A stretch of 64,000 nt of DNA, from positions 1,488,001 through 1,552,000 of the forward strand of contig OY740807.1 of assembly GCA_963514005.1 (NCBI GenBank). Direction: 5' to 3'. The stretch is from Raja brachyura (Eukaryota). The notes under the pieces are model-generated. The model saw only the letters and a list, made by a program, of their open reading frames with translations, was not told where the DNA came from and ran no database searches. Shown here piece by piece: positions 12,112 to 22,933 of this stretch (its first letter is position 1; every line of letters starts with the position of its first letter). Both the position numbers and the translations under genes were made by a program.

Positions 12112-13317
12112 ATGGAAGGGAGAAAGAGGAAGAGAGCGGCGGCCAAATCAGCGGCTAAGGACAGCAGCCAGCGGAGAACCGCTTCTCCAGAGCTTCAGGT
12201 TCCACCTGCAGCTCCCGACTTTTCGGACTTTGAGACCGTTGGTACGCCACGGTCGGGGAAAACTACCCGGAAGTCGGCTGGGGCGGACTCAGCGGAGTCC
12301 GGTCCCGAGGGCACCCCACTCGCTGGCAGCGACGGAGGTCGCCTTGACCGCATTGAGCGGCTGATGGAGCAGATGCTCCAACGTGACCTGTTACAGCAGG
12401 GGCAGGATCACAGTGGGACCCCTAGTAGGCCCACGGCAAGTTCCTTTCGAGGACTGCCCAATGTATCCCCTTCTATACAGGGGAGCATTGAGGGTCAGAA
12501 CTGGGCTGACCCAGAAGAGGGAGAGTTGGCTAAAGCACCTGCAGCGTCAGGGGTGTGTGAAGATTATATGGATGTGGTGAGCAAACATGCCATGCCCCAC
12601 CAGAAGGGCCTACCCATCCACCCCAAGCTGGCTGCCAGCATTGATTATATGGCCACCAACCAACTTCAGGAACAGGCCATCAATGCCACAGCAGATAAAT
12701 ATTTGGCGCCAGAAAACTGCAAATCGTTAAATGTGCCCGCGGTGAACAACCCGATATGGGGGAACATGAGCCCCTCAAGTAGAGGGCAGGAGATGAAACT
12801 TCAGAAGATTCTGAAGCTCCTTACCGCAGGGATTACTGCAGTAGCCAGAACAGCAGTGGGAGTGGATATGCCGCAAGAGCTGCAAGATGCTTTGGCCTTA
12901 CTGTGCAATACACAGTATGAAATTAACAATTTCAGGAAAAGCATTATAAAGCCGGCGCTTAACCCCAAGTTCGCGGGGTTATGCAAGCCTGGGAAGACGC
13001 AGCCTCCAAGCCTGTTATTCGGGGAAGATCTCCCCAAACAGGTAAAAGATCTTGACGAGGAGGCTAAGGCTTTGGGCCTTATTAAAGTACCTGGGTACAC
13101 TAAGCCTCATCACTCACACAGAACGCACCCCTACGCACCCACCGGGCAGAGTTACCCTAACAGGTCTGCCGGTGGTGAAAGCTCGAAGGCCGGCATACCT
13201 GCACAGCGGTCTTTTTTAGGCCAAGGCCCAGGCCGGCCTCCTTGGAAGATGCGCCACTCCCAGAACACCTACAACCAGCCGAGGAAGCAAGGGCAGAAAC
13301 CTCCACACCGGCAGTAA
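12112..13317 (+). CDS. DIRS ORF1, gag-like protein (frame is open from an upstream ATG at 12016)
   Basis: Open 433-codon frame with a basic low-complexity N-terminus and a conserved core shared with three other copies in the window. ATG 12112 corresponds to the ATG at 9756 in the outer copy. Confidence 0.85.
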   Translation: MEGRKRKRAAAKSAAKDSSQRRTASPELQVPPAAPDFSDFETVGTPRSGKTTRKSAGADSAESGPEGTPLAGSDGGRLDRIERLMEQMLQRDLLQQGQDHSGTPSRPTASSFRGLPNVSPSIQGSIEGQNWADPEEGELAKAPAASGVCEDYMDVVSKHAMPHQKGLPIHPKLAASIDYMATNQLQEQAINATADKYLAPENCKSLNVPAVNNPIWGNMSPSSRGQEMKLQKILKLLTAGITAVARTAVGVDMPQELQDALALLCNTQYEINNFRKSIIKPALNPKFAGLCKPGKTQPPSLLFGEDLPKQVKDLDEEAKALGLIKVPGYTKPHHSHRTHPYAPTGQSYPNRSAGGESSKAGIPAQRSFLGQGPGRPPWKMRHSQNTYNQPRKQGQKPPHRQ

Positions 13318-13319
13318 CC

Positions 13320-15254
13320 ATGGAGGTAGGTGGGTCTGGGATCCCCAAGAACACTACTGACCTAAATTCACTCTGCATAGGGGGCAGGTTGCACATGTTC
13401 CTCGAGAATTGGCTCACTTTTACCTCTGATCCTTATATACTCAGGAGTATTCAGGGCTACAAAATTGAATTTATTCACGAACTCCCTACCCCGGTACAGC
13501 ATGCGCCTAGTCGGAAATTCGTCCTTTCTCATAGAGATAAGGCAGCAGGGCATGCTGAACTGCAGAGGTTAATAGAAAAAGGGGTAATTGAAAAGGCCTT
13601 TAAAGAACCTCAGGAGTTCATGTCTAATATATTCACTAAAAACAAAAAAGATGGCGGGTGCCGCATCATCATAGATTTGACCGACCTGAATACTTCTGTC
13701 CAGTATATCCATTTTAAAATGGACACCTTCGACACTGCTACTCAGCTTGTAGCCAATAGGTACTACATGGCATGCGTTGACCTTAAAGATGCATACTATT
13801 CAGTACCCATACACAAGGATCATAGGAAATACTTAAAATTTATCTGGATGGGACAATTATGGCAATATAAAGCTTTGCCTAATGGGCTATCGTCAGCACC
13901 CAGATTGTTTACCAAGATATTGAAACCAGCTTTGGCCTATTTAAGGAAACAGAATCATACTGTTATGGCCTATCTTGATGACATCCTCATAGTGGGGGAG
14001 AATTTGGAAATGGCTACTTTGGCAGTCACAGCCACGAAACATATTTTTCAGATACTGGGGTTTACGATACATCCAGATAAATCAATATTGGAACCCTCTA
14101 CCACCATGAAATATTTGGGGTTCATTATTGACTCAGTGCAAATGTCTGTCACGTTACCACCAAGCAAGGTGGAAGACCTGATAGAGGCTTGCAGGAGCCT
14201 CTTTGGCATTAAGGTCCCATCCATTCGGCAGGTGGCCAGGGTGATTGGGAAGATAGTAGCTGCATTTCCTGCAGCACAATATGGGCCCTTACATTACCAA
14301 AATTTACAAAGAGCAAAAATTACGGCGCTCAAAAATCATGCTGGCCATTTTGATAGGCCCATGAAAATTCCAGAAAAGGCAAAAGCTGAACTATATTGGT
14401 GGATGGGTAATGCCCAAAATTGTTCCAAACCCATGACTATCGCCAATCCCTCGATCACCTTACAAACGGATGCCAGTGCCAAAGGGTGGGGAGCTACTAA
14501 CACTACCTCTAGCTGTGGAGGTAGATGGAGTGCACCAGAGTTAACCCTATTTAAAAACTTAGGGATTAACTATTCAGAAATGCTCGCAGCATTTCACGGA
14601 CTTAAAGCATACTGCACTAACATGCACAAAGTTCATGTTAGACTACAGATTGACAACACCACGGTGGTAGCCTATATTAACCACATGGGCGGTGTAAAGT
14701 CGATATCATGTGATGAATTGGCCAACAATATCTGGCACTGGTGTCTGCAAAGAGGAATTTGGATCTCTGCAACTTACCTACCAGGTAAACTAAACACAGT
14801 GGCAGACACCAGATCACGGAAATTCAACGACAACATAGAATGGATGTTGGATCGGAAAGTGTTTACAGATATTGTAGAACGTTATGGGACACCAGATATC
14901 GACCTTTTCGCGTCCAGGCTAAATCACCAACTACCAACGTATGTTGCTTGGGAGCCAGACCCGGCGGCGGTAGCGATGGATGCTTCCTCGCTACACTGGG
15001 GGGATTTGTTTTTCTACGCTTTCCCCCCTTTCTGCCTTATCAGTCGGGTCTTGCAAAAAATCAAGCAAGACTCCGCATCGGGTATCTTGGTAGTGCCCGA
15101 CTGGCCTACTCAACCATGGTTCCCTCTGGTACAAAAGATGGCCACAGAACCCTGTGTCAGGGTGAATAAAAGACCAAGCCTGCTTGTTCATCCTGTTACA
15201 GGAGAAAGTCATCCATGTCATGATCGTATGGATTTGTTAATCTGCAGACTTTAA
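13320..15254 (+). CDS. DIRS ORF2: reverse transcriptase - RNase H - Dam-like methyltransferase domain
   Basis: RT motifs RIIIDL, DLKDAYYSVPI, LPNGLSSAP, YLDD. RNase H motifs TDAS, INYSE, QIDN, NTVAD. MT-like C-terminus DIDLFAS...YAFPPF...VVPDWPTQPW. Kozak-like ACCATGG at 13320, two bases after the ORF1 stop. Confidence 0.93.
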   Translation: MEVGGSGIPKNTTDLNSLCIGGRLHMFLENWLTFTSDPYILRSIQGYKIEFIHELPTPVQHAPSRKFVLSHRDKAAGHAELQRLIEKGVIEKAFKEPQEFMSNIFTKNKKDGGCRIIIDLTDLNTSVQYIHFKMDTFDTATQLVANRYYMACVDLKDAYYSVPIHKDHRKYLKFIWMGQLWQYKALPNGLSSAPRLFTKILKPALAYLRKQNHTVMAYLDDILIVGENLEMATLAVTATKHIFQILGFTIHPDKSILEPSTTMKYLGFIIDSVQMSVTLPPSKVEDLIEACRSLFGIKVPSIRQVARVIGKIVAAFPAAQYGPLHYQNLQRAKITALKNHAGHFDRPMKIPEKAKAELYWWMGNAQNCSKPMTIANPSITLQTDASAKGWGATNTTSSCGGRWSAPELTLFKNLGINYSEMLAAFHGLKAYCTNMHKVHVRLQIDNTTVVAYINHMGGVKSISCDELANNIWHWCLQRGIWISATYLPGKLNTVADTRSRKFNDNIEWMLDRKVFTDIVERYGTPDIDLFASRLNHQLPTYVAWEPDPAAVAMDASSLHWGDLFFYAFPPFCLISRVLQKIKQDSASGILVVPDWPTQPWFPLVQKMATEPCVRVNKRPSLLVHPVTGESHPCHDRMDLLICRL

Positions 15255-16225
15255 AACGGCCACTTCATGGACTCGGACTCTCCAACAGGACCATTGATAC
15301 TATCACGGGAGCCTGCAGAGAGTCCACAAGGAAGCAGTACTTGACCTACATCAGGAAGTGGGAAAGATTCTGCGTGACTACTAAAACTACATACGAAACC
15401 GCCACCATCACGGAAGTGCTGGAGTTTCTGGCTACCCTTCATTACGATGAGGGTTTAAGCTACAGCGCCATTAACTGCGCCAGGAGTGCCCTATCGTCTT
15501 ACTTGGGCAAGGGGAGTGACCAATTGGGAATTGGGTCACATCCCCTGGTATCCAAATTTATGCGGGGAATATTTAATTCTAATCCCCCCAGGCCCAGATA
15601 TAGCCATACCTGGGACATCAGCACGGTATTGACGATGCTGCGAGGATGGACACCGAACACGGGACTCCCTTTGGCCAAATTAACCTACAAAATGGTCATA
15701 ATAATGGCACTGATCACGGCGCAACGGGTCCAGTCCCTGCACAAACTCAGTCTGGATGCCATGGCAATTACCAGTGGGAAAATCACATTCCAGGTGCAGG
15801 GACTATTGAAGCAAGATCGACCCGGAGTGTCTGGACATACTTTGGAGTTCATGGGTTACCCAGCGGACACTCGTCTTTGTATCGTTACATTGATTCTGCG
15901 ATACATTTCAGTCACTAAAGATCTAAGGGGCACGGAAACAGCTTTGCTTGTCAGTCACAAGAAGCCTCATCACAGGGTCACGGTGCAAACCATTTCCAGA
16001 TGGTTAAGGGTGGTACTGGATGCGGCGGGGGTGGATACTAATGTGTATAAATCTCACTCCACCAGGGCAGCATCCACCTCGGCGGCTAGAAGGATGGAGG
16101 TACCACTGGATCACATCCTGGCCACAGCGGGTTGGAACAATGAGAGAACCTTCCACCGCTTTTATAACAAACCCGTGACCTCCCCTGACAATTATGCAGG
16201 GAGGATCTTAAGTGCTGCCAGTTAA
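15248..16225 (+). CDS. DIRS ORF3: tyrosine recombinase (start uncertain; frame open from 15224, no ATG before ~15560)
   Basis: Catalytic residues R (TAQR), K, HSTR, GW and Y (HRFY) are present. The N-terminal core-binding region is STRKQYLTYIRKWERFC...GLSYSAINCARSALS. Confidence 0.9.
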   Translation, partial: TLKRPLHGLGLSNRTIDTITGACRESTRKQYLTYIRKWERFCVTTKTTYETATITEVLEFLATLHYDEGLSYSAINCARSALSSYLGKGSDQLGIGSHPLVSKFMRGIFNSNPPRPRYSHTWDISTVLTMLRGWTPNTGLPLAKLTYKMVIIMALITAQRVQSLHKLSLDAMAITSGKITFQVQGLLKQDRPGVSGHTLEFMGYPADTRLCIVTLILRYISVTKDLRGTETALLVSHKKPHHRVTVQTISRWLRVVLDAAGVDTNVYKSHSTRAASTSAARRMEVPLDHILATAGWNNERTFHRFYNKPVTSPDNYAGRILSAAS

Positions 16226-16382
16226 ATAACCCTTTTGGGACACAATATTGTGTTTGGTATGAATAAATACCTGTTTTGTTTTTCAGCCAGTGTCTTGTCT
16301 GAATCACGTCCATACTCTTATCCCAGCTTTAGTGGTGTGTGAGCATGGAGCTTCCAGGGCATGAAATCACAGAGCTTTGAAA

Positions 16383-16495
16383 TCTTCACGTAGTCACTCA
16401 CGTGACTCCGAAGTAAAATAGTAAGATTAAATGAGAACTTACCAGTTTGAAGTTTGATCTTTATTTTATGAGGAGTTACGATGAGGGATTACGTG
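16383..16495 (+). repeat. DIRS internal complementary region (ICR)
   Basis: 16383-16419 is the reverse complement of the left end (11942-11978). 16417-16495 is the reverse complement of the right end (16646-16724). Confidence 0.93.
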
Positions 16496-17463
16496 CCCTC
16501 CGCTCCCAACCCTCTATTATAAAGATCACCTGGTATGAAAGTTCTCTTTTTTCTCTTACTATGTCAGTCATTGAGACTGTTTTTTGTTCTGTGATTTCAC
16601 ACCACTGCTTTGAAGAATGTCGCGCATGCGTGCTGGCGGGGTCTTCACGTAATCCCTCATCGTAACTCCTCATAAAATAAAGATCAAACTTCAAACTGGT
16701 AAGTTCTCGTTTAATCTTACCATTATATTGGTGGATAGAAAATGCTCAGCATTGCTCTAACCCCATCACTATCATGAATCGCTCAGTTACATTACAGACT
16801 GATGCCAGTGTTAAAGGTGGGGAGCAGCTAATACCACCACTAGTTGTGGTGGCAGATGGAGTGCACAAGATTTAACCCTGTTGGGAGCACTAGGGATTAA
16901 TTATCTAGAAATGCTGGGAGCATTTCATGGACTCCGGGCCTACTGCTTAGATATGCACCAGTTGCATGTATGGTTACAAATTAATAATACCACAGTGGTG
17001 GCCTATATTAATCATATGGGTGGAATAAAATCGATATCATGTGATGAATTGGCAAATTACATCTGGCACTGGTGTCTGGATAGAGAGATTTGGATCTCAG
17101 CCACTTACCTTCCAGGTAAACTAAATACGGTGACGGACACCAGGTCACGCAATTCAACGACAACATTGAATGGATGTTGGATCGGGACCCGGGGCCAGCA
17201 GCGATGGATGCTTCTCGCTGCATTGGGGGGATTGTTTTGCTATGCATTTCCCCCCTTCTGCCATCAGTCGGGTCTTACAAAACATTAAATAAGACTCCGC
17301 AACGGGTATTTCGGGTTTCCCGACTGGCCTACCCAACCATGGTCCCCAGCAGTACTAAAGATGGCCGCAGAACACTGCTTTCGGATCCTCAAACGGCCGG
17401 GCCTGTTGGCACACCCTGTGACGGGTAAGTCATCCGTGCCATGATCGAATGAACCTATTGATG

Positions 17464-18843
17464 GGCAAATTCAGTGGTGGGCAAATTAATGGAAAAGATA
17501 CTTAGAGATAATATATATAAGTATCTGGATAAAGAGGGTCTAATTAGGAACAGTCAACATGGATTTATGCCTGGAAGGTCATGTTTGACTAATCTTCTTG
17601 AATTTTTTGAAGAGGTTACTAGGGAAATTGACGAGGGTAAAGCAGTGGATGTTGTCTATATGGACTTCAGTAAGGCCTTTGACAAGGTTCCTCATGGAAG
17701 GTTGGTTAAGAAGGTTCAACTGTTGGGTATAAATGCAGGAATAGCAAGATGGATTCAACAGTGGCTGAATGGGAGAAGCCAGAGGGTAATGGTGGATGGC
17801 TGTTTGTCGGGTTGGAGGCAGGTGACTAGTGGGGTGCCTCAGGGATCTGTGTTGGGTCCTTTGTTGTTTGTCATGTACATCAATGATCTGGATGAAGGGG
17901 TGGTAAATTGGATTAGTAAGTATGCAGATGATACCAAGATAGGGGGTGTTGTGGATAATGAAGAGGATTTCCAAAGTCTACAGAGTGATTTAGGCCAGTT
18001 GGAAAAATGGGCTGAAAGATGGCAGATGGAGTTTAATGCTGATAAATGTGAGGTGCTACACCTTGGCAGGACAAATCAAAATAGGACGTACATGGTAAAC
18101 GGTAGGGAATTGAAGAATACAGTTGAACAGAGGGATCTGGGAATAACCGTGCATAGTTCCTTGAAGGTAGAATCTCATATAGATAGGGTGGTAAAGAAAG
18201 CTTTTGGTATGCTAGCCTTTATAAATCAGAGCATTGAGTATAGAAGCTGGGATGTAATGTTAAAATTGTACAAGACGTTGGTGAGACCAAATCTGGAGTA
18301 TGGTGTACAATTTTGGTCGCCCAATTATAGAAAGGATGTCAACAAAATAGAGAGGGTACAGAGGAGATTTACTGCAATGTTGCCTGGGTTTCAACAGCTA
18401 AGTTACAGAGATAGGTTGAATAAGTTAGGTCTTTATTCTCTGGAGCGCAGAAGGTTAAGGGGTGACTTGATAGAGGTCTTTAAAATGATGAGAGGGATAG
18501 ACAGAGTTAATGTGGACAAGCTTTTCCCTTTGAGAATAGGGAAGATTCAAACAAGAGGACATGACTTTAGAATTAAGGGACAGAGGTTTAGGGGTACCAT
18601 GAGGGGGAACTTCTTTACTCAGAGAGTGGTAGCGGTGTGGAATGAGCTTCCAGTGGAAGTGGTGGCGGCAGGTTCGTTGGTATCATTTAAAAATAAATTG
18701 GATAGGCATATGGATGAGAAGGGTATGGAGGGTTATTGTATGAGTGCAGGCAGGTGGGACTAAGGGAAAAAAGTTGTTCGGCACGGACTTGAAGGGCCGA
18801 GATGGCCTGTTTCCGTGCTGTAATTGTTATATGGTTATATGGT
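17464..18843 (+). mobile_element. 5'-truncated CR1 LINE (family A) with open RT frame 17474-18763
   Basis: Motifs QHGF, DFSKAFDKVPH, SGVPQGSVLGP, YADD. (TATGGTTA)n tail. 8-bp TSD TATTGATG at 17456-17463 and 18844-18851. Confidence 0.93.
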
Positions 18844-20301
18844 TATTGATGCAGATTCTGAACAGGCCATTTCTGGACTACGGACTCTCCGACAGGACGA
18901 TCTATGTCAACACAGCGTCGTGCATGGAGTCCACCAGAGACAGCACTGACATATGTCAGAAGATGGGAGTGTTCTGCTTTAGAACAAACACTTCATATGA
19001 CTCGGCCACCATCACTGAGTGCTGGAGTTCTGGCCACCCTTCATTCCATGAAGGTTTGAGCTACAGTGCCATTAATTTTGCAAGGAGTGCCCTATCTAAT
19101 AACCTGGGCCGAGGGAGTGATCACCTGCCTATAGGATATCACCCACTGGTATCTAAACTGATGAGGGGTATTAATTCCCCCAGGGCCAGATACACCCATA
19201 CATGGGACTTAGGCATAGAATTTACTATGCTTCGAGGATGGACACCAATATTGGGGCTCACTCTGGATAAACTAACATATAATATGGTTATGTTATGGCA
19301 CTTGTAACAGCACAACGGGTCCAGTCTTTATAAAGCTAAGTATGGATGCCATGTATTAACCAATGGTAGATAACCTTTCTGATACAGGGGTTACTCAAAC
19401 TATATCGACCCCGTTCCTCTGGCCAAAAATTATCATTCTGGCCTACCCTGCAGATAGTCGGCTCTGCATTGTGACATATATTTTACGATATAGAAGGAAC
19501 CAAGAATCTAGGGGCACGGAGAGGACTTTACCCATAAGCCACAAACGCCCTCATCATAAGGTCACAGTGCAAGCCACTTCCAGTTGGTTAAGGGTGGTAT
19601 TGGGTGCAGCGAAGATGGACACTAATGTTTTAAATCTCACTCCACCAGGGCTGCATCCACATCGGCGGCTAGGATGATGGGAGTTCCTATGGACCACATC
19701 CTTGCTACAACGGGTTGAAGCAGTGAACGGACTTTTCAGCACTTCTATTATAAACCTGTGGCCGCTCCTGAGACGTTTGCAGGGGGAAAATGTTAAGTTC
19801 TGTTACATGATTTACCCAATGTGGGGCATATCACTTTAGGTATGATTAAATACCTTCTTTGTTTTTCAGCACAGTATCATGTCTGAAATACGTTCATCCT
19901 CCATCCCTAGCATGGCAGTGTGTGAGCATGGACTCGTTCCAGGGCATGAAATCACAGAGCTTTGAAATCTTCACGTAGTCACTCACGTGACTCCGAAGTA
20001 AAATAGTAAGATTAAATGAGAACTTACCAGTTTGAAGTTTGATCTATATTTTATGAGGAGTTACGATGAGGGATTACGTGCCCTCCGCTCCCAAACCCTC
20101 TATTATAAAGTTCAACTGGTATATAAAGTTCTCTCTTATCTTACTATGTTAGTCTACTCTGGTATCTGTGATTTCACACCACTGCTTTGAAGAATGTCGC
20201 GCATGCGTGCTGGCGGGGTCTTCACGTAATCCCTCATCGTAACTCCTCATAAAATATAGATCAAACTTCAAACTGGTAAATTCTCATTTAATCTTACTAT
20301 T

Positions 20302-20565
20302 ATACTGCATCTGCCACGCATCTGCCCACTCACTCAACCTGTCCAGGTCACCCTGCAGCCTCCTAACATCCTCTGCACAGTTCATACTGCCACCCAGCGT
20401 TGTATCATCCGTAAACTTGCTAGTGTTGCTCCTAATTTACTTATCCAAATCATTAATTTATATGGTAAACTGTTCCAGCCCCAACACCAAGCCTTGTGGC
20501 ACCCAACTCGCCACTGCCTGCCATTCTGAAAAGGACCAGTTCACTCCTACTCTTTGCTTCCTGTC
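20302..20565 (-). mobile_element. CR1 LINE RT fragment (target of the outer DIRS right end)
   Basis: Homologous to 29465-29730. Confidence 0.85.
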
Positions 20566-21327
20566 TGCATAACAGCAATGTGTACAGTTTCAGAAAATGG
20601 CGAGTTTATGAGCTTCCAAGATTTAAAGTCAAAGTATGGTCCCGAAAACAAAGATTTTTTGAGATACTTGCAATTAAGAGACTACTTTACAAAAGACAGA
20701 AGGCCAGAACTAAATGAAACTTCAAATAATTTGATCAAGGCGATTGGGGATGCAAACAAACGGAAGTTATCTCGGGTCATCTCTGCTTTCTACCAAGCTC
20801 TGGTGGGAAGCGGGGGAGAATCAACGCTCTACATAAAAACAAAATGGGAAGAAGAATTAAAAATTTAAATAACAGAAGAAGAATGGTATCAACTTGGTGA
20901 AACACAATGTACATGTACAAGCTCACTGGTATGGAAAGAATTTTGCTGGAAGAATCTAACTCGCTTTTTTATAAAACCCACAATAAAAAGCAGACAACTT
21001 GCTGTCCAACAGTGCTGTTGGTGGCTGTGTGGGAGTATGGGGGCAGACTACTCGTATATTTTCTGGAATTGTGTAAAGATAACGCCATACTGGGAAAATG
21101 TTAATGCAGTTCTTAAAAATATTTTGGGTTATAAAATCTCAAATACCTGCCCTGTGATGTATGAGGGGCACAATAAAGATATTGTAAAGATAGAAGATAC
21201 CTATTTGATTAAAGTTTTGCTTGCAGCAAGTTAGAAGATCATTACCAGGCAATGGCTTATTAAAAAAAAAACAGGAACAGTGGCTAGAAATTGTGAGAGA
21301 CATCTTTATTATGGAGAAACTGACATA

Positions 21328-22933
21328 CAGTGGTTTGCAAAAGTATTCATACCCCTTGAACGTTTCCACATTTTGTCATGTTACAACCACAAATGTAAAT
21401 GTATTTTATTGGGATTTTATGTGATAGACCAACACAAAATGGTGCATAATTGTGAAGTGGAAGGAAAATGATACATGGTTTCCAAATTTTATTACAAATT
21501 AAAAACTGAAAAGTGTGGTGTGCAAAAGTATTCAGCCCCCCTGAGTCAATACTTTGTATCCTTTCGCTGCAATTACAGCTGCAAGTCTTTTGGGGTATGT
21601 CTCTACCAGCTTTGCACTAGAGACTGACATTTTTGCCCATTCTTCTTTGCAAAATAGCTCATCTCAGTCCGATTGGATGGAGAGCGTCTGTGAACAGCAA
21701 TTTTCGAGTCTTGCCAGAGATACTCAATTGAATTTAGGTCTGGACTTTGACTGGGCCATTCTAACACATAAATATGCTTTGATCTAAACCATTCCATTGT
21801 AGCTCTGGCTGTATGTTTAGGGTTGTTGTCCTGCTGGAAGGTGAACCTCCGCCCCAGTCTCAAGTCTTTTGCAGACTCTAACAGGTTTTCTTCCAAGATT
21901 GCCCTGTATTTGGCTCCATCCATCTTCCCATCAACTCCGACCAACTTCACTGTCCCTGCTGAAGAAAAGCATCCCCACAGCATGATGCTGCCACCACCAT
22001 GTTTCACAGTGGGGATGGTGTGTTCAGGGTGATGTGCAGTGTTAGTTTTCCGCCACACATAGCGTTTTGCATTTAGGCCAAAGACTTCAATTTTGGTCTC
22101 ATCAGACCAGAGCACCTTCCTCCACGTGTTTGCTGTGTCCCCCACATGGCTTGTGGCAAACTGCAAACGGGACTTCTTATGGCTTTGTTTCAACAATGGC
22201 TTTCTTCTTGTCACTCTTCCATAAAGGCCCGATTTGTGGAGTGCACGACTAATAGTTGGCCTGTGGGCAGATTCTCCAACCTGAGCTGTGGGTCTCTGCA
22301 GCTCCTCCAGAGTTACCATGGACCTCTTGGCTGCTTCTCTGAACAATGCTCTCCTTGCCGGACCTGTCAGTTTAGGTGGACGGCCATGTCTTGGTAGGTT
22401 TGCAGTTGTGCCATACTCTTTCCATTTATTGATGATGGATTGAACAGTGCTCCGTGAGATGTTCAAAGCTTGGGATATTTTTTTATAACCTAACCCCACT
22501 TTAAACATCTCCACAACTTTATCCATGACCTGTCTGGTGTGTTCCTTGGGGTTCACGATGCTGTTTGTTCACTAATGTTCTCTAACAAACCTCTGAGGCC
22601 TTCACAGAACAGCTGTATTTATACTGAGATTAGATTACACACAAGTGGACTCTATTTACTAATTAGGTGACTTCTGAAGGCAATTGGTTGCACTGGATTT
22701 TATTTAGGGTATCAGAGTAAAGGGTGCTGAATACTTTTGCATGCCACACTTTTCAGTTTTTTATTTGTAAAAAAATTGAAATCCATGTATCGTTTTCCAT
22801 CCACTTCACAATTATGCGCCACTTTGTGTTGGTCTATCACATAAAATCCCAAAAAAATACATTTACATTTGTGGTTGTAACGTAACAAAATGTGGAAAAG
22901 TTCAAAGGGTATGAAAACTTTTGCAAGCCACTG
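21328..22933 (-). mobile_element. Tc1-like DD34E transposon with ~210-bp IR/DR-type TIRs
   Basis: CAGTG...CACTG termini and TA TSD at 21326-27 and 22934-35. Confidence 0.95.
21603..22556 (-). pseudogene. Tc1 transposase; start codon reads GTG and the C-terminus is frameshifted
   Basis: Motifs GRPPKL, WSDETK, QQDNNPKH, SPDLNSIE. There are 34 residues between the second D and E. Confidence 0.88.

Larger units (their letters stand above)
11942..16724 (+). mobile_element. Apparently intact DIRS (tyrosine recombinase) retrotransposon, ~4.78 kb
   Basis: Three uninterrupted ORFs, inverted termini, an internal complementary region, and ATT at both ends. Removing it restores the host pol frame (GAA TTA TAT TGG TGG = ELYWW). 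Confidence 0.95.
9304..20301 (+). mobile_element. Older (outer) DIRS retrotransposon, pseudogenised, with four nested insertions
   Basis: Left end at 9304 lacks its first ~20 bp. gag 9756-10865, pol 10866-11941 resuming at 16725, YR ~18855-19810, ICR ~19968-20080, right end finishing in ATT at 20299-20301. Confidence 0.9.

Noticed and set aside
16447-16694. Two opposite-strand ORFs that both begin MKFDLYFMRSYDEGLR
   Set aside because: Artefact of the ICR/right-end inverted repeat; both start at TTG and are non-coding.
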